Below are positions 25,193-31,987 of a stretch of DNA of 31,987 nt, piece after piece. The notes below the pieces were generated by a model that saw only the letters and a program-made list of their open reading frames with translations, searched no databases and was not told the origin of the DNA. Within the stretch, counting starts at the first letter, position 1; every line of letters starts with the position of its first letter. The stretch spans positions 1 to 31,987 of the IMG/VR virus record IMGVR_UViG_3300027828_000080; one strand, written 5' to 3'. The DNA comes from a virus (Duplodnaviria; Caudoviricetes). Both the position numbers and the translations under genes were made by a program.

Positions 25193-26506
25193 ATGGCCAG
25201 ATTTCGCGACACGGTTTCCTCAATGGTTCCGTGGATCAAGCGCTCAGGAGTTTCAAGGCTTCTCGTGACGTACGGGCTCGGTCAGCCCAAGGCGACGCCG
25301 CGAAACTACACAGCCCTCTCGAAAGAGGGCTACCAGATGAACGCGATCGTGTTCCGGTGCGTGAACCTCATCGCCGGATCGGCATCGACCGTTCCGTTGC
25401 GCCTGAAGATGAAAGACACCGACGAGGTCATTGATTCTCATCCTATTCTCGACCTGCTGGCCCGGCCCAACGTCAAGGACCGCAACTGGGCAAACCTGGT
25501 CATGCAGGCCGTCGCGTTCCGGCTGTTGAGCGGCAACACCTACTTCGAGGGCACCGAGTCCAAGATCCGGTCCAAGTCTCCGCCGCTCGAGATCTTCACC
25601 CACCGGCCGGACCGCATGAAGGTCGTGCCAGGCCCTCACGGTCTGCCCGAGAAGTTCGTCTACGCCATCGGATCAAACAAAAGGGAGTGGGCGGTTAACC
25701 CGGTCGACGGCTCCGGCCCGATCCTTCACATCAAGCGATTCAACCCGCTCGATGACTGGTATGGCATGTCACCGATCGAGGCTGCGGCGATGGGCATCGA
25801 CGCACACAACGACGCGAATCGGTGGAACACCTCCCAGCTGCAAAACTCTGGAAAGCCGAGCATGGCCTTGGTCTACACGCCGCGCGAAGGCCTCGCCGCG
25901 CTGACCCGCGAGCAGTACGACCGCACAAAGAAATGGATCAAGGAAGAATTCGAGGGGCCGGACAACGCCGGCAAGCCCATGGTGATCGGCGGGAATTTCG
26001 ACTTCAAGACCCTGAGCCTGACCCCGCAGGAAATGGAGTGGCTCAAGGGCAAGCAGGACGCGGCGCGCGAGATCTCACTGGCGTTCGACGTGCCCGAGCA
26101 GCTCGTGGGCATCGAGGGCAGCCAGAAGTTCGACAACTTCGAACACGCCATCCTTGCACTCTGGGACTATGCGGTGTGCCCGAACCTGAACGCCGTGGTC
26201 GGTGAGCTCGGCGACTGGCTTCTCCCGCAGTACGATGGGACCGAAGGCATGGTGCTCGAGGCCAATTATGACGACGTGCCGGCCCTGGGACCGCGTCGCC
26301 GCGAGATCGCGGCCAGCCTCAAAGACAAGGCGCATCTGACCATCAACGAGAAGCGCGAGGCCGAGGGCAAGGAGCCTTATCCCGGCGGAGACGTGATCTT
26401 GATCCCGGCCACATCGGTTCCGCTGACCGCATCGGGCCAGCCCGCGTCGACCGAAGACGACCCCAACGATCAGACCCGCGCGGTCCGCCTGGCCTACGGA
26501 GACTAA
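25193..26506 (+). CDS. HK97-family portal protein
   Basis: NAIVFRCVNLIA, HPILDLLARPN, LLSGNTY, FNPLDDWYGMSPIEAA and LTINEKR. Confidence 0.95.
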   Translation: MARFRDTVSSMVPWIKRSGVSRLLVTYGLGQPKATPRNYTALSKEGYQMNAIVFRCVNLIAGSASTVPLRLKMKDTDEVIDSHPILDLLARPNVKDRNWANLVMQAVAFRLLSGNTYFEGTESKIRSKSPPLEIFTHRPDRMKVVPGPHGLPEKFVYAIGSNKREWAVNPVDGSGPILHIKRFNPLDDWYGMSPIEAAAMGIDAHNDANRWNTSQLQNSGKPSMALVYTPREGLAALTREQYDRTKKWIKEEFEGPDNAGKPMVIGGNFDFKTLSLTPQEMEWLKGKQDAAREISLAFDVPEQLVGIEGSQKFDNFEHAILALWDYAVCPNLNAVVGELGDWLLPQYDGTEGMVLEANYDDVPALGPRRREIAASLKDKAHLTINEKREAEGKEPYPGGDVILIPATSVPLTASGQPASTEDDPNDQTRAVRLAYGD

Positions 26507-26510
26507 GCCC

Positions 26511-27353
26511 ATGTTTGCCCCGGCCGGCGCCACAGATGACGAGCTGGGGGCCCGTGCTGGCCGGTTCCTAATGATTGAGGACCGGCTGGCCGCGGCCATG
26601 CGTGGGGCCCTGAACGCCGAGTTTGCCCGCGTCAGGGACGTCGTTTTGTCCAGCCTTGGAGGGTCGTCTGACCGCGATATTGACCGGCGCCTAGCCGTCA
26701 CTTTGGGGCTGATTCCAACGCTTCTTGCCGACCACCCGGACCAGCTCAACCGGATTTTTGTCCAGCATCTTGGGCGCGCATTTGATGTGTTCGGGGAAAT
26801 GGTATTTGACCTGGCGACGGAGATCGGGCGCTCAGGATTCAAGGCTGCCGATGACTTTCGCCCGGATGCGAGGTCGACGTTTCGCGCCGCGCGCCAGGCC
26901 TATCTCGATGAAGAGGGTGGGGCGCACATCGTGCGTATCTCTGACACCACCAGGGTTCAGCTTCTCGGCGAGTTGCAGGACGCCATCATCGACGGCACGG
27001 GGTATGCGGGCGCTGCGGCCGGTATCAGCACTGTAACGGTCGGGGAGATCGGAAGATTTCGCGCCACGACGATCGCCGGAACCGAGATGCACAGCGCCTC
27101 ACAGGCGGCGACCTACGAGGCGCACGGCGCGCTGGTCTCCGAGTTCTCGCTTGTGCGCAAGTGGGTTTCCGTGGAAGATGACCGTCGCCGGGACACGCAC
27201 CGAGCCGCTCATGGTCAAATCGCCCCCGTCGACGGCACGTTTCTGGTCGGCGGATTCAACCTCCGCTATCCTGGGGATCCGCGAGGGCCCGCAAAGGAGA
27301 TCATCAGGTGTCGATGCGTGGCGGCACTGCAGCCACCGGAGTATGACCAATGA
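26511..27353 (+). CDS. Phage minor head protein (SPP1 gp7/MuF-like)
   Basis: RATTIAGTE...KWVSVEDDRRRDTH...HGQ...F.VGG..LRYPGDP.....IIRCRC. Confidence 0.88.
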   Translation: MFAPAGATDDELGARAGRFLMIEDRLAAAMRGALNAEFARVRDVVLSSLGGSSDRDIDRRLAVTLGLIPTLLADHPDQLNRIFVQHLGRAFDVFGEMVFDLATEIGRSGFKAADDFRPDARSTFRAARQAYLDEEGGAHIVRISDTTRVQLLGELQDAIIDGTGYAGAAAGISTVTVGEIGRFRATTIAGTEMHSASQAATYEAHGALVSEFSLVRKWVSVEDDRRRDTHRAAHGQIAPVDGTFLVGGFNLRYPGDPRGPAKEIIRCRCVAALQPPEYDQ

Positions 27354-28027
27354 CCGTGCGATTTGCTGAACTGGATGTCCCCTTCCAGTGCAAGAGCGTC
27401 AAGGCCAGCAACGGGTCAGCGACCTTTGAGGGCATGGCCTCGGTGTTCGGACACCTCGATTCATACAACGACGTCGTCGAGCCCGGCGCGTTCTCTGACA
27501 CGCTCGCCGAGCACGCGGAGAAAAACCGCATGCCGGCCCTGCTTTGGCAGCACTGGTCTGACGAGCCGATTGGGGTCTGGCGCGAAATGCGCGAGACCGA
27601 TGAAGGCCTGTTCGTCCGCGGTGAGCTGTTCACCGATGACATCCCGAAAGCGCGCCAGGCCTATAAGCTGCTCAAGGAAAACGGGCTGTCCGGCCTCAGC
27701 ATCGGCTTCAACATTCTGGAGGCCGACGAGGACAAGGAGGGCATTCGCCATTTGCACGGCATTGACCTTTGGGAGGTCAGCGTCGTAACTTTCCCCGCAC
27801 TGGACACAGCGCGCGTGACCGGCGTTAAGGCCAACTCGATCAAGACGATTCGAGACTTTGAACGCGCGATGCGGTCCATCGGCTACTCCAGCCGTCAGTC
27901 AAAAGCACTGGCAGCGGAGGGCTTTTCGGCCGTCGAACGGGACGTCGATCCGGCCAATCATCGGGACGATGGTCATGAAGTCGTGGTGGCTCGCATGCGC
28001 GAGCTCGCTGAAATATTCAAGTCCTGA
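27350..28027 (+). CDS. HK97-family prohead maturation protease
   Basis: FEGMASVFG..DSYNDVVEPGAF, LLWQH, GLSIGF and LWEVSVVTFPA. Confidence 0.95.
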   Translation: MTVRFAELDVPFQCKSVKASNGSATFEGMASVFGHLDSYNDVVEPGAFSDTLAEHAEKNRMPALLWQHWSDEPIGVWREMRETDEGLFVRGELFTDDIPKARQAYKLLKENGLSGLSIGFNILEADEDKEGIRHLHGIDLWEVSVVTFPALDTARVTGVKANSIKTIRDFERAMRSIGYSSRQSKALAAEGFSAVERDVDPANHRDDGHEVVVARMRELAEIFKS

Positions 28028-28038
28028 GGAGGATCGAT

Positions 28039-29373
28039 ATGGACAACAAGGTTCTGGAAAAAGGCCTCGACGACCTCAAGAGCGGGTTCGAAGAGTTCAA
28101 GCAAAAGAACGACGAGCGGCTCGAGCAGCTCGAAAAGGGCAGCGAGGACGTGATCACCAAAGAGCACGTCGATCGGATCAATGAAGATCTGAGCAAGAAG
28201 CTCGACACCCTCAAGGAAGCGTTCGACCAGGTCGAAAAGGACCAGAAGGCCGAGCAGGAGCGCGCTGAAAAGCTCGAGAAGCTCCTTGCCCGTATGCCGA
28301 CCGGCACGACCGAGCGCGACGCAGAGCACGCACTGACCGTCGGCCAACAGCTCAAAAGCTTCAATGCGCTGATCAAGGAAGTGGACAAGGCCAAGGAAGC
28401 CGACGCCGAATCCCTGATCGCTTACAATGAAAACTTCGAACACGCGCTGCGCCGCGGCAAGCTGACCCCCGACCAGGAAAAGGCTCTGGCCGTTGGCCAG
28501 GACCCGGACGGCGGGTACTGGGTGAGCCCAGACAAGAGCGGCGAGATCGTCAAGATCGTCCACGAGACGTCTCCGATTCGCCAGCAATGCTCTGTGGTCC
28601 AGATCGGGACCGACGCGCTCGAGGGCACCCGTGACCTCCAGCAAGGCGCCGCGTCCTGGGTGACCGAGCTTGAGTCGCGCACCGAGTCGTCCACGCCTCA
28701 GATCGAGGTCTGGCGCATTCCGGTGCACGAGCTGCACGCTCAGCCCGCCGCGACCCAGAAGATGCTCGACGACGCTCAGTTTGACGTCGAGGGCTGGCTC
28801 GCCGACAAGACGGCCGAGGCCTTCATGCTCGCGGAGAACACCGCGTTTGTGTCTGGCACCGGCGTTGGTAAGCCCCGCGGGTTCACGACCTACGCCGCAG
28901 GTGTTCCGAGCTCCACCACGTTCGAGGTAATCGAGCAGGTCGGGACCGGGACGTCAGCGGCGTTCGATGCGACCACGCCGGGCGATGTGTTCCACACCAC
29001 GATCGGCAAGATGAAGCAGCCCTATCTGGCGGCCTGCCGCTGGGGCATGAATCGCACGACCTTGGCCGAGACGCGCAAGATCAAGGACGGTGACGGCACG
29101 TACCTCTGGGAGAAGTCCTTCCAGGCCAATCAGCCGTTCATCCTCTTGGGCTACCCGGTCGATATGTTCGAGGACATGGCTGCGATCGCTGGCAACTCGC
29201 TCTCGATCGCGTTTGCCAACTGGCGCCGGGCGTACACCGTGGTCGACCGCATCGGGATCCGCGTTCTGCGCGACCCGTACACGTCGAAGCCCAAGGTGCT
29301 GTTCGACACCACGAAGCGGGTCGGCGGCGACGTCACCAACTTCGAGGCCATCAAGCTGATCAAGTTCGGTTAA
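28039..29373 (+). CDS. HK97-fold major capsid protein with an N-terminal coiled-coil delta domain
   Basis: DPDGGYWV, SPIRQ, ATQKMLDDA.FDVE.WL, AFVSGTGVGKPRG and VLRDPYTSKPKVLF..TKRVGG. Confidence 0.96.
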   Translation: MDNKVLEKGLDDLKSGFEEFKQKNDERLEQLEKGSEDVITKEHVDRINEDLSKKLDTLKEAFDQVEKDQKAEQERAEKLEKLLARMPTGTTERDAEHALTVGQQLKSFNALIKEVDKAKEADAESLIAYNENFEHALRRGKLTPDQEKALAVGQDPDGGYWVSPDKSGEIVKIVHETSPIRQQCSVVQIGTDALEGTRDLQQGAASWVTELESRTESSTPQIEVWRIPVHELHAQPAATQKMLDDAQFDVEGWLADKTAEAFMLAENTAFVSGTGVGKPRGFTTYAAGVPSSTTFEVIEQVGTGTSAAFDATTPGDVFHTTIGKMKQPYLAACRWGMNRTTLAETRKIKDGDGTYLWEKSFQANQPFILLGYPVDMFEDMAAIAGNSLSIAFANWRRAYTVVDRIGIRVLRDPYTSKPKVLFDTTKRVGGDVTNFEAIKLIKFG

Positions 29374-29420
29374 GGCCGGGCCTGATCTGGACGCAACCCT
29401 GAACGAGAGGATATTGGGAA

Positions 29421-29891
29421 ATGCCCCAACGTGACTTCCACTCAAACCACAAGTCGGTCGGCCTGATCGACCCGATTGTGGGCAACAACGACACGGAGGG
29501 AACGCCGTCCGCTGGCCTCGACACTCGCGGCTTCGACGGCGCTGAGCTCTATGCGTATATCGGCGCCAGCGGCGACACCATCGCCTCCGGTAAGTCGATC
29601 AAGGTGACCCTGCAGGAAAGCGACGACGGCTCGGCATGGACGGCCGTCACGGACGCCAACGACGTCAACATCGGTGCTGCCGATTCGCTGGTTGCCGCCC
29701 CCGACTCGAGCGGTGTGATCGCCGTCGTGGACGGTGCGGCCGATGACGAGAAGCTGCTCCGCGTCGGCTATCGTGGGTCCAAGCGCTACTGCCGGCTGTT
29801 CTTCAACTTCTTCGGCACCCACACGAACGGGACGCCGATTGCAAGTTGGGGCCTGCTCGGCTACCCTCGCGGTACCCCGCTTTCGGACTAA
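29421..29891 (+). CDS. Putative capsid decoration/cement protein
   Basis: Directly after the MCP. Beta-rich, with LDTRGF, VTLQESDDGSAW and YRGSKRYCRL. Confidence 0.7.
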   Translation: MPQRDFHSNHKSVGLIDPIVGNNDTEGTPSAGLDTRGFDGAELYAYIGASGDTIASGKSIKVTLQESDDGSAWTAVTDANDVNIGAADSLVAAPDSSGVIAVVDGAADDEKLLRVGYRGSKRYCRLFFNFFGTHTNGTPIASWGLLGYPRGTPLSD

Positions 29892-29912
29892 GCGGTTCCT
29901 TCCTCGACCTTG

Positions 29913-29944
29913 CCCCGGGCGCCTTACAGCGCTCGGGGTTTTTT
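29913..29944 (+). terminator. Rho-independent terminator of the head operon
   Basis: 10-bp stem CCCCGGGCGC/GCGCTCGGGG (one G-U), 6-nt loop, then TTTTTT. Confidence 0.88.
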
Positions 29945-31127
29945 ATTCCTGATCGGCGCGGCGGGCCTGGTGGATCACCTGCCGGAACAGCCAGGTCTGC
30001 AGGGATCTCGTGTGGTCAGAGTAGCCCGTACTGATGTGGACCCACTCTTCGAACAGGGCGTGGATGAGCATGTCCAGGCCCTGATCAAAGCACTCCTGAG
30101 AAATGTAAGACCGGCCGGATTTGGCCATGGCGAGCGTGCCATCCGAATCGATCTTCTCAACGAAGATGATCTCGGCCGATGTCACGTCATAACCGGCCCG
30201 GGCCAGAAATCCTGTCGCCTCTTCGTACATCGCGCGCTGAGCAGCGGTGAGCTCAACGCCGTAGTGTGACGCTTCGGAAATCTTGCGGTGCGTGTGGTAG
30301 ACCGAGGCAACGGAACCGACCGGCACACGCCCCTGACCGGCCATCTCGTCGACCACGTCGAGCCATGTCTCGCTGGGGTCGGACCCGCACCCAGCCCAAT
30401 CAAAGCTGCCCTCCATGGCCTGATCACCGGCATTCAGTGCGTCATAGATCAGGTCCCGGTCGTCGCACGCGATAATCGATCTGATCACGGCGTCCCGCGC
30501 CTGAAACGCCCACCGGGCCGTGCGGTCCTCGGTCAGGTCGATCTTTCTCGTCACGTTGTAGGTCTTGGCACTGGGCCGATCGAGGGAGGCGACGGCCACA
30601 CCCTTGTAGAAGATCTTGGTGCTGGTCCCGGGCAGGACCTCGCACTCGGACAGAACGGTCCGCTCGCGTTCCGGCTCGATCAGATAGAGATTCCGGTCAC
30701 GGTACGCGGACTCGACGCCCGGATCATCGACGCAGATGATCGTACAGCCGACGCTGGCGGCCTGAACGCCACCGGACGGCTCCTTGTCGGTCATGGACCC
30801 GCCTTCGTCCCATGCGTTGCAGGCCAGCTCCCTGAGGGCCATCCAGTCCTCCCAGGTCTTGCCCATCTTGGTGGTGAAGCCCAGCGGTTCATCGTTCAGC
30901 GTGACGATGTCGTGCGGTTCTCCGCGAATCACCTCGGTCGCCGTGCCGAACTTGCACTCGACGCCATTCAGCCAGGCCGAAACCGACCCGCCGTTCCTGA
31001 GTATGGTGGCCACGGCGTACTTGAATCCGGTGCCGAAAAACCCGATGGCCGAGCCGGTTTTGACGTTCACGCCCATGACGGTGAGTGCGCGCAGGTCAGC
31101 CACGCCTGGGTTCTGGAAATAAATCAT
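29943..31127 (-). CDS. GHKL/HATPase-like protein with permuted motif order and a C-terminal zincin-like motif
   Basis: GGAGG RBS before the ATG at 31127. IGFFGTGFKYA (aa 28-38), RELACNAWD (aa 99-107) and C-terminal HALFEEWVH...DH. Confidence 0.72.
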   Translation of the reverse strand: MIYFQNPGVADLRALTVMGVNVKTGSAIGFFGTGFKYAVATILRNGGSVSAWLNGVECKFGTATEVIRGEPHDIVTLNDEPLGFTTKMGKTWEDWMALRELACNAWDEGGSMTDKEPSGGVQAASVGCTIICVDDPGVESAYRDRNLYLIEPERERTVLSECEVLPGTSTKIFYKGVAVASLDRPSAKTYNVTRKIDLTEDRTARWAFQARDAVIRSIIACDDRDLIYDALNAGDQAMEGSFDWAGCGSDPSETWLDVVDEMAGQGRVPVGSVASVYHTHRKISEASHYGVELTAAQRAMYEEATGFLARAGYDVTSAEIIFVEKIDSDGTLAMAKSGRSYISQECFDQGLDMLIHALFEEWVHISTGYSDHTRSLQTWLFRQVIHQARRADQE

Positions 31128-31166
31128 GAGATCCTCCTTCTGTTGGTCCCCGCACAATGCCCTTGC

Positions 31167-31183
31167 GTTGCTGGAATGGCAAC
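31167..31183. promoter_or_regulatory. Operator-like palindrome copy F (GTTGCT-GGAAT-GGCAAC) in overlapping divergent promoters
   Basis: Rightward TTGCGT-17-TAAAGT (31163..31191) and leftward TTGCCA-17-CATTGT (31182..31154). Confidence 0.7.
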
Positions 31184-31197
31184 GCTAAAGTGGCGGG

Positions 31198-31393
31198 GTC
31201 AGTGAGGCGGCGTGGAAAGCAGACACGCTGCACAACTAGCCAAGAGCATCCGAAACCGACTCTCGGGCGATGTCTTGGATAAGAGAGGGTCCCGAGAGGG
31301 GTAGCCGGTTGACAGCCCTAGCCGGACGCACGGCGGTAAGCCCGCCTGACGGTGGAAAGACACAAGTTGGAGTGGCGCCCAGCCCTCGCTGAC
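31198..31393 (+). ncRNA. Candidate structured ncRNA with tRNA-like topology (family not recognised)
   Basis: Terminal 10-bp stem GTCAGTGAGG/CCTCGCTGAC, D-arm-like and T-arm-like hairpins, and several internal hairpins. Starts about 7 nt after a predicted -10. No ORF of 60 aa or more covers it. Confidence 0.62.
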
Positions 31394-31400
31394 GCCTTGA

Positions 31401-31417
31401 CTTACCAGATTGGCAAC
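31401..31417. promoter_or_regulatory. Operator-like palindrome copy G (CTTACC-AGATT-GGCAAC) in promoter TTGACT-17-TACACG (31397..31425)
   Basis: Two mismatches. Same register in the spacer as copy F (both spacers end TGGCAACGC before TA). Confidence 0.65.
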
Positions 31418-31433
31418 GCTACACGGGAATCCA

Positions 31434-31544
31434 GACCGGGCCCGCGGCTAGGTGGTTCGCAACCCGCTGATCGGTGGTAGCTCCCCGTGAAGAGGAAGAG
31501 GCTGAGACGGTAAGCACGCCATCGGCGTGTGATGGGGCCCGGTC
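31434..31544 (+). ncRNA. Candidate second structured RNA or 5' leader
   Basis: Perfect 10-bp closing stem GACCGGGCCC/GGGCCCGGTC enclosing hairpins (GG-TTCGCAA-CC and GCACGCC-ATC-GGCGTGT). Begins just after promoter G. Confidence 0.52.
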
Positions 31545-31569
31545 GTTTAACCCAGTGAAGGAGCGCACC

Positions 31570-31833
31570 ATGTCATGGTCATTTTCAGTCGTCGGCCGGC
31601 CCAAGGCCGTAGCCGCCGCCTGCCGAGCCGAAGCCGAAAAATCACCCTGCGCTGAGCCCGAAGAGTCGATCCGAAAGACCACTCTTGAGCTCGCCGCGCT
31701 CAGCGCCGAAAACCACACCGACGATAATGTGGTGAAGGTCGAGGCCAGCGGCAGCATGTACTCCCAGGACGGCGCGTGCCACCAAAATCAGGTGAGCCTT
31801 TCCGTGCGGACGATTTACAACTTCGTGGAATAG
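31570..31833 (+). CDS. Hypothetical protein (87 aa)
   Basis: AAGGAG RBS before the ATG at 31570. MSWSFSVVGRPKAV...VKVEASGS. Confidence 0.72.
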   Translation: MSWSFSVVGRPKAVAAACRAEAEKSPCAEPEESIRKTTLELAALSAENHTDDNVVKVEASGSMYSQDGACHQNQVSLSVRTIYNFVE

Positions 31834-31987
31834 ACCTTTTTTGTCTTGCTGCGCAGGGGCAATGGGGCCCGGGGAGGTGGTCAATGGGACCGCCGCTGAT
31901 CCGGGCCTCGCTCTGTCAGCCTCAGCCGACCATCCCCAGCGCACACAGGTACACGTCGAGCAGGGCCTCTTGTTCGGCGCGCTCGTT

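Larger units (their letters stand above)
1..31987. mobile_element. Tailed phage/prophage genome segment (HK97-like head, siphovirus-like), probable alphaproteobacterial host
   Basis: Contiguous terminase-portal-protease-capsid genes, tail genes, Bet/Gp157, lysis genes and GcrA. No host housekeeping genes, integrase or att site in the window. Confidence 0.96.

Noticed and set aside
23780-29373. Gene transfer agent (RcGTA-like) cluster
   Set aside because: The terminase, portal and capsid resemble GTA relatives, but replication, recombination, MuF, MTase and many accessory genes indicate a genuine phage.
31198-31393. Calling the element a true tRNA, tmRNA or RNase P RNA
   Set aside because: It has no TTCRA T-loop, no 7-bp acceptor with CCA and no anticodon arm. 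It also lacks tmRNA termini, a tag frame and the RNase P GAGGAAAGTCC motif.
31455-31515. TPP riboswitch or hammerhead ribozyme (ACCC, CTGATC and GCTGAGA words)
   Set aside because: The TPP motifs occur in the wrong order without the required helices, and the hammerhead core CTGATGA...GAAA is absent.

Overview
This window is about 32 kb of a GC-rich, HK97-type tailed phage or prophage. The host is probably an alphaproteobacterium, since the window carries a GcrA homolog and a GTA-like terminase. Gene order is: tail tip and fiber genes (1-6754, +); a small divergent HTH / HicA-like pair (6751-7269); a leftward operon running Gp157, Bet recombinase, small genes, then a lysis cassette (7229-11587, -); a rightward replication and accessory arm with VRR-NUC, GcrA, initiator, loader, PAS protein, MTase, ASCH and DUF6527 (11714-21618); a packaging and head module with ParB-MTase, TerS, TerL, portal, MuF, protease, MCP and decoration protein (21833-29891); and an inserted reverse-strand GHKL-like ATPase followed by two highly structured non-coding elements. 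No integrase or classical CI/Cro pair is visible in the window. The main unexplained signals are: (1) a ~196-nt RNA-like element with tRNA-like topology plus a second ~111-nt multibranch element, each behind its own promoter; (2) a 17-bp palindrome GTTGCC-N5-GGCAAC at seven non-coding sites, six overlapping predicted promoters; (3) a perfect chromosomal parS site, together with GcrA and a stand-alone membrane-anchored PAS protein, suggesting manipulation of the host cell cycle; (4) a GHKL ATPase with its motifs in permuted order. All family calls come from motif recognition by eye, not from database searches.
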